Shown here piece after piece: positions 9,945-20,336 of a stretch of 21,455 nucleotides of DNA. The stretch's first letter is position 1. Each line of letters starts with the position of its first letter. The translations under genes were made by a program, and so were the position numbers. The notes below the pieces were generated by a model. That model made no database searches, was not told the origin of the DNA, and saw only the letters and a list, made by a program, of their open reading frames with translations. Origin of the DNA: Octopus sinensis (lineage: Eukaryota); assembly GCF_006345805.1 (NCBI RefSeq), contig NW_021823681.1:1-21455 (forward strand). Reading direction: 5' to 3'.

Positions 9945-10021
9945 TAGTTAGAACGTAGCGGCAGACGAAACACTGCTAAACATTTGCCCGAGGTGCTAAC
10001 GATTCTGCCAGCTCGTCGCCT
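9945..10021 (-). mobile_element. SINE A, head-only fragment
   Basis: AGAACGTAGCGGCAGACGAAACACTGCTAAACATTT..GCTAACGATTCTGCCAGCTCGTCGCCT. Confidence 0.8.
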
Positions 10022-10214
10022 TGCATACGAAATACTGCGTACCTACAAGTCATTATCACTTCTTTCGGCTTACTAACTTCCGTCGACATTGGTCATAGTT
10101 CCAACTAGTATCTAATTAGTTGTGCTGCATCCTCGGTGAATAAATAAATGTATCTCCTTGTGAAATTCGTGTGTGTCTAATTAAAAAAAAATACATGTAT
10201 CTAGACAGAATTTC

Positions 10215-10410
10215 CAACTAGAAGTGTTCAGTTGTTCGATTAACTAAACGACCAAGCTGACTGAATTTGCGCCTAAGTGGTTGAGTATTCCACAGCTATA
10301 TGTACCCTTAATATAATTCTCAGTTGAAATCAGTGCGACACGGTGGGACAAGGATGGATCTTTGAATTACAGGTGGTACAATCCATTCGATGGGATTCTA
10401 CACAGTTTCC
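10215..10410. mobile_element. family D repeat fragment
   Basis: Similarity to 9100-9245. Confidence 0.5.
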
Positions 10411-10452
10411 GTAAAAAAAGGTTTGGGTGGATTCAAGACTACAGAAACTTAA

Positions 10453-10670
10453 TTACACCATGGTTCCTCTGCTTTGTGGCAGAAGTAGGAAGAAATAGTG
10501 AGAGAAAGTTGTGGTGAAAGAGTAAGCGGGGTTCACTATCCCCCTCGATGGAGTCTCGTGGAGCTTAGGTGTTTTTGCTCAATATACACTCACAATCCCC
10601 GGTCTGGGAATCGAAACCGCGTTCTTACAACCGCGAGTCCGCTGCCCTAACCACTGGGCCATTGCACCTC
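10453..10670 (-). mobile_element. tRNA-derived SINE family C, full-length
   Basis: Minus strand GGAGGTGCAATGGCCCAGTGGTTAGGGCAGCGGACTCGCGG (A box) and GGTTTCGATTCCC (B box). Colinear with 16010-16230 and shares its 3' end (..GGAACCATGGTGTAA). Confidence 0.9.
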
Positions 10671-10802
10671 CAAGATGCAGGGGAGCTTAGGTGTTTTTGC
10701 TCAATAAACACTCACAATCCCCGGTCTGGGAATCGAAACCGCGTTCTTACAACCGCGAGTCCGCTGCCCTAACCACTGGGCCATTGCACCTCCAAGATGC
10801 AG
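10560..10802. repeat. 122-bp tandem duplication of the SINE C head plus 10 bp of flank
   Basis: GAGCTTAGG at 10561 and 10683; the units differ by one substitution (AATATACAC/AATAAACAC). Confidence 0.95.
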
Positions 10803-11259
10803 AAACAAGTTGCAGAGCTTCAGGGTCGAAACTGGGCTTTCAGAATTGCAAAACGAACCTTTTAACCTTTCTTTGATACTGCAGTTACATCATGTCTAAT
10901 TACCGAATAGGAATTAAAGAATCAGACAGAGTGCAAGACGCTAATGAAAAAAGGTTAATACTTGAAAGCGAACTGGGCTAAATGCCAAAAATAATAAATT
11001 GGTAGCAATACTCTTTTGCAGTTAATAAGCATACAGTAATAAGTTACAGTTGAATATTTTTAACTGAAGGCTAAGTTAATTAGCAAGGCTTAACAAGAAA
11101 ACAGACAATATATTAAGCTTGTTTAGAATATACTAACTAATAACGAATATAACAAGAAAATTGAATTTATTCCGAATACAGAAAGTCTTCTGCGATTAGA
11201 AAATTTGAAAATGTCTTCTTCGTTGGGTCCTCAACCCCTAATAGAGAGGTTAGGATGCC

Positions 11260-11555
11260 TATTTCTTTATTACCCGCAAGGGGCTAAACACAGAGGGGGC
11301 AAACAAGGACAGACAAACGGATTAAGTCGATTACATCGACCCCACTGCGTAACTGGTACTTAATTTATCGCGTAACTGGTACTTAATTTATCGCGTAACT
11401 GGTACTTAATTTATCGACCCCGAAAGGATGAAAGGCAAAGTCGACCTCGGCGGAATTTGAAATCACAACGTAACGACAGACGAAATACGGCTACGCATTT
11501 CGCCCGGCTACGCATTTCGCCCGGCGTGCTAACGTTTCTGCCAGCTCGCCACCTT
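11260..11555 (-). mobile_element. SINE A, full-length, with 18-bp TSD and two internal tandem duplications
   Basis: TSD TAGAGAGGTTAGGATGCC at 11242-11259 and 11556-11573. A 23-bp unit x3 at 11347-11415 and a 17-bp unit x2 at 11489-11522. Confidence 0.95.
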
Positions 11556-11710
11556 TAGAGAGGTTAGGATGCCGTCAGGATACATGCCATGTCTTCTGTA
11601 TATTAGATCAAGTGATGCCTGTCCCTTTCCAGGTCTGACCATCAGGTAATTTTTCCAAAAAGACATAAACATACTGAAAGAAAACGGAAGGGTGAATTGA
11701 TCTCAGCGGT

Positions 11711-11987
11711 ATCTTTTTCTCTTGGCTTTATTGAGAAAATTCTATAGTTTGTAAGATATTTGTAAGATATTTTTCTTCAATTTCTGCAATTTCAACCAAT
11801 CAATGACGTCTATTGAGGTAAACAACATTCTGTGCCGTATGAATGTGTCCCTCGTTTAAGAAACAGATTGGGTTTATTTACATTTGTGAAGGAAAAAAAA
11901 TACCCTTCCCCCCCACTCCTAACTAACCCTAACCCTAAAACAGATTGAAATGCAAAGAGATCGATACTAGGGTCATAATTATGGGTG
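11711..11987 (-). mobile_element. inverted relative of the MITE at 19857-20268 (shared core, different ends)
   Basis: Reverse complement matches about 19910-20175 (GGGTCATAATTATGGGTG, GATCGATACTAG, TCCCTCGTTTAAGAAACAGATTGGG, TTTCTGCAATTTCAACCAATCA). Includes a short CCCTAA tract. Confidence 0.88.
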
Positions 11988-12473
11988 GACGCTAAAGAGG
12001 GAACGGTCAGCATATGTCATTGATTCATAAGTCCATCTGCCGAAATAGCTCACGTTACTTCGCGATACTGCATCCCATGATTTCAGTGTGCCCTGGCTCG
12101 GATGATTACATGTTAAGCCATAACTGTGACCCTGGTAGTTTTAACATGGCCAAAACATGTCCGGAGGAGTCTCCGTCTTTGCCAAAAATTAGACACACTC
12201 ATTGTATCCTACCCTTCAACGTTTAATCAACTTCGGTGCTTTTTAGTTGTCTCTATTTCATTTCTTGACAAGAGTTGCACGTATTTTTTAATTGCTTTCC
12301 TCTTGATACGAGTGTAATTTTAATTATTTGATTATATTTTTGGTTCTCTAAATTGAATGTGTCCTATTTAACTTAACGATGTCGTCTTATTTGCACGAGG
12401 TATCCCTAGAAAATGTTTCCCTATCAGATCGATATGCCGACAAATCAATAGACAATGAGTCAAAGAAACTTAC

Positions 12474-13295
<822 letters not shown>

Positions 13296-13619
13296 TTCCA
13301 AGCAAATTCGTTCCTAAAAGAGCTGTAAGAGATACAAAAACAGAGAAGGAACTATATTTTATAAACAGGTTAGAGTCTTAAAAGATTTCCAATTTATTTC
13401 TGAACAGGATTCAGGAAAAGTATTATTTTGCCAGACACAAATACTAAAGCAAAATGGTGGAAGGATAAACCACGAAACAAAGATGGCATCTTTTTTTTAT
13501 AATCTCGATCAAACGACTTAATATTCAAACATGCGGCTTCTTAAAAGAGCCAGGTCATTTCATTTGAGGAAAGATTCATCGATATAACTGTTCGATATGT
13601 ATGTAGATATATACGGAAG

Positions 13620-14320
13620 CCAGTGTGTGTACGTGTGTGTGTATGTGTGTAGATGTGGATGTGGATGTGTGGATGTGGAGGTGTGCATGTACGTATGTAT
13701 GTGAATATGTTATTTGTATGATTATAGATGGTTAGGTTTGTCGATACAAACAAACACACACGCACATATACACACATAAATACATACTCAAAACACACAC
13801 ACACACTTACTCACATACACATACACACGTGTATGTGTATATATACATGCATGTACACACACATATAAATATATATTCAAACACACATACACACACACAC
13901 GCACACACACTCAAACATACAAGAATGCATGCAAATATATTCAAACATAGATTTATCGTTCTAAATATACGTGTATGTAAATATGTATGAACGTAAGACT
14001 TACGTAAATGTGTATATATATACATATATATATATATATATAATATGTGTGTGTGTGTTGTGTGTGTGTGTGTGTGTGTGGTGGTGTGTGTGTATATATA
14101 TATATACATATACATATATGTATGTATGTATGTATGTATGTATATATATATATATATATAGATATATATATATAAACATCTAATGTGCACATGTATATCT
14201 GTATGCACACACGTGCGATTATAAATAAGAAATATGATTATATAGTTAATCAACAACAATTCAATTATATGAATCACATATGTATACGTATGTGGATCGA
14301 CGTTGACATGCGTTTATAAT

Positions 14321-14367
<47 letters not shown>

Positions 14368-14510
14368 TGTGTGAGTGTGTGTGTGCGCACATCTATCTAT
14401 CAATATATATATATATATGCACATATATATATGTGTGTGTGTGTATATATATATGTAGGTATGTATATACATATACATATACATATACATATATGCATGT
14501 CCATGTATGT
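13620..14510. repeat. compound CA/TG/TA microsatellite field
   Basis: Directly visible. Confidence 0.9.
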
Positions 14511-14865
14511 ATCTATATTAACAGTGCTTATAGTATATTTATACAGGTATATATTTATATATAAGTATTCCAGAGTTTGACAAGTTCAAAGAAGTTACGT
14601 CTGGCCGCTTAGAATAAAGAACTTGAAGGATAAGTCTGCTAGTGAATGGCAGACACACACGACGGAATCGAATTTATCCGAGAGTACATTCACATGCGCG
14701 CACATTAACCGATTCAGATATTCACAACAACCAACATTCTTCACATATGCAAACCAGCTTTGTGATGTTGGTGTTTGAATTCTGCAAAGGACAAAAACTA
14801 AATTCCAAAGAATCAACATACTAATAGGTGTACAAACATACGTGGCTGCACACACGTGCAAGCAT

Positions 14866-14904
14866 GTACACATACATACATACATACATACATACATACA
14901 TACA

Positions 14905-14934
<30 letters not shown>
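14866..14934. repeat. (CATA)n microsatellite
   Basis: Directly visible. Confidence 0.95.
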
Positions 14935-14935
<1 letters not shown>

Positions 14936-14955
14936 TGGGTTGGTGCATAATTAAA
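14935..14955 (+). mobile_element. orphan mariner-type TIR
   Basis: TA (14933-14934) followed by TTGGGTTGGTGCATAATT, cf. the Hsmar1-type TIR TTAGGTTGGTGCAAAAGT. No partner seen. Confidence 0.55.
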
Positions 14956-15081
14956 TTTTATTCAACAAAAACAATAATATTTAACAAAAAACATCTTTAA
15001 ATGACGGTCTGAACGTCTGCCAAGCAAATGGGAAGTAGCAATTGAAGTAAATGGTGAATATGCTCCGGAATAATCCCGGAA

Positions 15082-15083
15082 TA

Positions 15084-15118
<35 letters not shown>

Positions 15119-15150
15119 GTGTGTATATATGTGTGTATGTATATATATAT

Positions 15151-15223
<73 letters not shown>

Positions 15224-15232
15224 TAAATTAGA
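15082..15232. repeat. (TA)/(TG) microsatellite
   Basis: Directly visible. Confidence 0.93.
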
Positions 15233-15542
15233 GACAAAACCACTAATAGGCAAATCATACAATGAAAAACTTAAGCCAATACATAAGATTATTTAATTTA
15301 TATTATTTAAATATATAACAAAATTATTAAAAAAATATAATTAATATATCACTACGATCGTTTCATGGCTGTTAATTTCTTTAAATTTTCAAGTCACAGT
15401 CATTCATCAGGTGGTTTAAATATTTATCTTGGCGAGGTTTAAACAATTTAATATAATATAATATTTTACTATAAAATTGGATTCAATCCTAAATCTGATT
15501 TTTCCCTGTAAGTTTGGATTTATTCCCTAATATTTATTATTA

Positions 15543-15547
<5 letters not shown>
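15233..15547 (-). mobile_element. AT-rich block bracketed by (TA)n and carrying a hammerhead motif, probable Penelope-like pseudo-LTR
   Basis: Microsatellite on both sides and a ribozyme motif inside. The element class is inferred. Confidence 0.45.
15348..15415 (-). ncRNA. type I hammerhead ribozyme-like motif with canonical core
   Basis: Minus strand: ACCAC, CTGATGA (15410-15404), ATGACTGT/23-nt loop/ACAGCCAT (7 of 8 pairs), GAA, ACGATCGT palindrome (15361-15354), A17 (GUA), GTGAT. Predicted cut between 15353 and 15352. Confidence 0.75.
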
Positions 15548-15585
<38 letters not shown>

Positions 15586-15656
15586 TGTATGTATATATAT
15601 ATATCTATATCTATATCTATCTATCTATATATATATATATAGATATATATATATAT
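15548..15656. repeat. (TA)/(TCTA) microsatellite
   Basis: Directly visible. Confidence 0.93.
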
Positions 15657-15750
15657 TTTATTCGTTTATTTCACTTTCCTTCCGTAAATGTATGTTGATT
15701 CTAGTTGGAAACAGATCTTCTGTGGTTGCTTCGGAGCTATTTTTAGCACT

Positions 15751-15777
15751 AGAGTTATCCACATAGTGGATAACTCT
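15751..15777. repeat. perfect 12-bp hairpin
   Basis: AGAGTTATCCAC-ATA-GTGGATAACTCT. Confidence 0.9.
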
Positions 15778-15893
15778 CTAATAATTTATGTATAAATTTG
15801 TATTTTCTCCGTAGTTTTTTGTGCTAAGCCACTTGGTGTTAAATTGATGGTATTATTAAATTAATATCGATTTTTCACCCTCATTTATAATTT

Positions 15894-15929
<36 letters not shown>

Positions 15930-16009
15930 GGCGCAGGAGTGGCTGTGTGGTAAGTAGCTTACTTACCAACCACATGCTTCTGGATTCAATCCCACTGCGC
16001 GGACTCTTG
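15930..16009 (+). mobile_element. SINE B, tRNA head only
   Basis: GGCGCAGGAGTGGCTGTGTGGTAAGTAGCTT..GGATTCAATCCCACTGCG, directly after a (TA)n tract. Confidence 0.88.
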
Positions 16010-16230
16010 TTACACCATGGTTCCTCTGCTTTGTGGCAGAAGTGGAAAGAAAGAGTGAGAAAAAGTTGTGGCGAAAGAGTACAGCGGGGTTCACCACCAC
16101 CCTCGCTGGAGAATCGTGGAGCTTTAGGTGTTTTTGATCAATAAACACTCACAATGACCGATCTGGGAATCGAAACTGCGTTCTGACGACCGCGAGTCCG
16201 CTGCCCTAGCCACTGGGCCATTGCACCTCC
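16010..16230 (-). mobile_element. SINE C, full-length
   Basis: Colinear with 10453-10670. Confidence 0.9.
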
Positions 16231-16722
16231 ACTGCTGTCTGTTGTTGTTGTCGTTTTTGTTGTCGGTTCACTTCGAGTAAATATCGAGCAATTAGAGGGA
16301 AGTGATTGTTCAGGTAAGTAGACAAAATTTAGAACAACGATATTGATGGTTTGAGTGGTTAAGCAGGCGGCATTCGATGGTGAAACAAAACATAGCGGAT
16401 TGTAAAGATACAAAGAAACATCGAGGGTTAATTCGGAGCAAATTAAAGACAGCAGCAGTGGTTAGAATGGTTGATAGTAGGTGTTCAACGGTAGGATTGG
16501 ACAGAACAAAAAGGAAAACATTATCATCTAATTCCTAGATGTTTACTTAGTTCAATAATTGCCTAATTGTAAATAACCGGCGAAATTCTAGTTTATCGAC
16601 TACAAACTGCGAATCAATTAGACAAATTTTCTCCGTTTCGGAAACAGATAAGTTGTCATGCTGAGATTAATCTTTTTCCACTCAGGATAAGTAAGTTTAT
16701 CTATAGTGGCGGTCTCATGTGT

Positions 16723-16755
16723 GTGGCGTGGCGTGGCGTGGCGTGGCGTGGCGTG
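16723..16755. repeat. (GTGGC)n pentanucleotide, about 6.5 units
   Basis: Directly visible. Confidence 0.92.
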
Positions 16756-16948
16756 GTGTGAAAGATGAAGACGTATCGCTTGTACTTAACTGACGTTGCT
16801 CTGTTTTGTATTGTTTTTGTTTGGGATTAAATACATTCCATTGTTTTCGTTGTCTCATTTATTCAGGATAATTTTTGTAATTTTGTGTGGAATGCGTGTA
16901 GTAAGAGAAATATTAGTTGAATCGATCAATACCAAAATAACATACCGC

Positions 16949-18463
16949 TGTTATATTTGCCGAGAAGTTGACTTCATCTACTTACATGTCAAGAGCTATT
17001 TCAGCGTTAAATTTTATGCGATAATACAACCCAACAGGTATTTTGTTGTCATGATGTTTTTACCTGATTTGAAAGAGGTTTTATGTTTTTGTTTTTCGCT
17101 TTGTTTTTTGTTTTTTTGTTGCTGTTCTTTGTTTGCTTTTTGTTTTTGTTTTCGATAGGCTAAGTTCAAAAATGGAATCCATCTTTTACCATCACGTCTA
17201 GATTTCAAGATATCCAAACCTCACAATTTTCGTAATTTTCCTCATTTTTCAGTAAAACGCATTGTTTACCAGGGAAGTTCTGTTCAAAACTTTGTCATTT
17301 TGATGACCAGGGAGTATCAACTTAGTCAGAGGAATCCACAGATAATCCAGATTACTTCAACACGGGATCAAAATGAACTCTGTAATTTGGTAAAGGACTT
17401 GCACTCATCAAAAGTGTCTGCGAAAGATCTTGCGTCTCGATTAAAGAAAAAAAAACAAAAGAAGGAACCGAAGTTCCCTTCTTTTACACTAGGAAAGCTG
17501 AATCTCTTCCGTTCTTCACAGAAAATGATGAGATGGTGTATTGCATGAACATTGATGGACTGCTTCGGAGGATGGAATTAGCGGAATATATCTTTCAAGT
17601 GATTGGCACCTTTTATTGATAGCTCAAAAAGAAGTTTGAAATGTGTTCTGCTATATAATGAAAATATATTTGGCCTCTGTTTTCATTGCTCACTCAACAA
17701 AACTTGCTGAGAAATATGGTTGTGAAAGTAGTGCAAGGGAAAATTATGTACCACAATCATCAGTGAGTGATATGAGTGGACTTTAAGGTGGTTAATTTTC
17801 TCCCGATGCAACAAAGTGGCTGCAGAAATATCCATGCTTTTTATGTGTACACAGCAGAGCCACGAAAAAAACATTAGATGATCAAAGAATAGCGAACATT
17901 AGTTCCAGAGCCTTTAATTCTACCGGGGAAAAACCCATTCTACCTCCACTCCATATTAAACTTGGCTTTGTGAAGTACATTGTTAAAGCTCTGAATCAAG
18001 ATGGACCATGCTTTTATTATATCTGCTGCACATTTCTCAGTCTGAACAGTGAAAAGATAAAAGCCGGAGTATCTGATGTCTCTCAAATAAGAAAAATTGA
18101 TTAAAAAATGGTAACTTTGTAAATTCGATGAATTGCAATAAAGCAACAGCATGGAATTTATTTGAAATAGCTGTAAATCAGCCAACTAGGTCAAACTAGT
18201 TGACAACATGCTGGAGAATTTTCGAAAGTTGGGAACAAATATGAGCATAAAAGTGCACAATCTCTACAGTTACCTTGCTAAATTCCCTGCAAATCTTGGT
18301 GACCAAGTGACGAGCAGGAAGAACGTTTCCATCAGGACATAAAAGGTATCGAGGCAGATGGAATTTGGATATGAAGGTGGAATATTGATGAAACTTGGTT
18401 CGTGATCTTCCCGAGGTACAACACTCAAGAAAATCATCCGAACGCAAATTTATGGGAAATTAG
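16949..18463 (+). pseudogene. Chapaev3-type transposase, decayed and internally deleted
   Basis: Motifs in order: CYIC (16949); QNELCNLVKDLHSSKVSAKDLASRLK; FIDSSKRSLKCVLL (17612); KYPCFLC; ILPPLHIKLGFVK (17937); EKIKAGV; MSIKVH; SDEQEERFHQDIK (18306); RKSSERKFMGN* (18463). The protein motifs are certain; the family name is from recall. Confidence 0.88.
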
Positions 18464-19146
18464 GCATAAACAACGATGTACTTTGCTTGTAGAAATTTTA
18501 AGATTTTTACTAATTTTTCAGAAGAATTTTAAGAAAATATTCTTGTTTTGAAGAAAAACCAATTTCTATATGTGTTTTTATATCATACCTTATTCCTCAT
18601 AAGCTGCTTTATTGAAGAAACACTGAAATTCTGTGGCTCCAGTATCTTAAAATTTTGACGTGATGGTAATAAATGGATGTCATTTTCAGATTCTGCCTCA
18701 AAAAACCCTTAGTTCAGATCCAAATTTTTGACAACACAGAATTTTTGTTTTTCTTGCTGTTGTTAGCTTCTTAATCACTAACAATATATAAAGCATGTGT
18801 CAGTTCCACGGACAGGGGGACTATATAGTGTCATATAATTCTTCAATTTTTTTTTAACACTGCAAATATTATCAGATTAAATATTCGAGTCGACTATTTA
18901 TTTTCCATGCAGTTGACATCCTTAAGTTATTAACTCTCAGGGTTTTATGATATTTTGTTATACTAGAGTGCATCCTTGCTTTGTTTTGCCCCTCATCTGT
19001 TACAGAACAGAAATGAATTATAGATGAAGGTATTATATTAGGGTTTCACGCTTCCTCCAAACTGAATGTAAACAAATTAAGTACGACTCTTGTGATATCA
19101 CCGGTTTCAGGACTAGCTGACTGATGCAGTCATGTGTGATATAGTA

Positions 19147-19584
19147 TACTCTTTTACTCTTTTACTTGTTTCAGTCATTTGACTGCGGCCATGCTGGAGC
19201 ACCGCCTTTAGTCGAGCAAATCGACCCCGGGACTTATTCTTTGTAAGCCCAGTACTTATTCTATCGGTCTCTTTTTGCCGAACCGCTAAGTGACGGGGAC
19301 GTAAACACACCAGCATCGGTTGTCAAGCAATGCTAGGGGACAAAACACAGAACACAAACATATACCACACACATACAATATATATATATAGATTATATAT
19401 ATATACATACATACATATATACGACAGGCTTCTTTCAGTTTCCGTCTACCAAATCCACTCACAAGACATTGGTCGGGCCGGGGCTATAGCAGAAGACACT
19501 TGCCCAAGATGCCACGCAGTGGGACTGAACCCGGAACCATGTGGTTGGTAAGCAAGCTACTTACCACACAGCCACTCCTGCGCC
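19147..19584 (-). mobile_element. SINE B, full-length and young
   Basis: Head GGCGCAGGAGTGGCTGTGTGG (A box), GGTTCAGTCCC (B box), CORE-like segment, internal TA/CA tract and (TAAAAGAG)n tail. Confidence 0.95.
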
Positions 19585-19856
19585 TATATATCTTACAGGA
19601 AGAGTTAAAAGTGATAGAGTATTGACGAAAGATGAAAAGGGAGTGAAGAAAAAGTCCTCTAATCCAAAAACCTCTATCGCAAAGGTTTTATCACGTTGTA
19701 TAACAAAGAGAATAGGGAAAACAATAGATTCTACTTTTATGCTTTTCATCCCGAAAAATAGTCAAACACCACTAAGGTTAAACACCAGCGATCAGTACAC
19801 ATGTATGCACACATTTGATATACATACACACGCCATATATAAGATATACACTGATT

Positions 19857-20268
19857 GGATCTTTTCGGTTTGAACGGCAGTTTTTTCTAGCGGTGTCATA
19901 TGAAATTGTCACCCATAATTATGACCCTAGTATCGATCTATTGCATTTCAATCTGTTTTAGGTTTAGGGGTGGGGGGAAGAGTATCTTTTTTTTCTTCAC
20001 AAATGTAAATAAACCCAATCTGTTTCTTAAACGAGGGACATTTTCATACTGCACAGAATGCTTTTTAACTCAATAGACGTCAGTGATTGGTTGAAATTGC
20101 AGAAATTGAAGAAAAACAACAACAAATATCTTACAAACCATAGAATTTTCTCAATAAAGCCAAGAGAAAAAGATGTTTTATAAACACATTCTACCAGTAT
20201 ACGAAGTTTAAAAGCGTTTAGTTGCGGGGAAATTATGTTAAAAACTGCCGTTCAAACCGAAAAGATCC
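19857..20268. mobile_element. 412-bp MITE with perfect 29-bp TIRs and an 8-bp TSD
   Basis: TIR GGATCTTTTCGGTTTGAACGGCAGTTTTT at 19857-19885 and inverted at 20240-20268. Flanks CACTGATT (19849-19856) and CACTGGTT (20269-20276). Confidence 0.95.
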
Positions 20269-20336
20269 CACTGGTTTGCCTCAAACTGTTCTCAAAGAAT
20301 CATTACGCTACCAATGCCGAAGCATCGGAAGAATTT

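Larger units (their letters stand above)
16500..18761 (+). mobile_element. Chapaev3-like (CMC superfamily) DNA transposon relic; ends tentative
   Basis: Contains the transposase relic listed next. The 3' arm AAAATTTTGACGTGATGGTAATAAATGGATGTCATTTTCAGATTC is typical of the family as recalled. Possible degenerate TIRs at 16500-16522 and 18740-18761. Confidence 0.55.

Noticed and set aside
10600-10670. tRNA gene
   Set aside because: It has A and B boxes but no acceptor-stem closure and continues into a SINE body. The same applies to the other SINE heads.
11347-11415. 23-bp triple repeat, and the 122-bp pair at 10560, as a CRISPR-like array
   Set aside because: The units are contiguous with no spacers, lie inside SINEs, and the DNA is eukaryotic.
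11919-11938. CCCTAA telomeric repeats
   Set aside because: Only 2-3 units, and they are an internal part of the MITE core rather than a telomere or fusion scar.
15755-15763. TTATCCACA, a bacterial DnaA box
   Set aside because: A single occurrence inside a hairpin in animal repeat DNA; coincidental.
18985-19033. 24-nt micro-exon (TTACAG|...GAAG|GTATTA)
   Set aside because: Stops in all three frames and no other support.
19096-19112. GAAACCGGT palindrome on the minus strand
   Set aside because: Position 17 is G and there is no CUGANGA core upstream.
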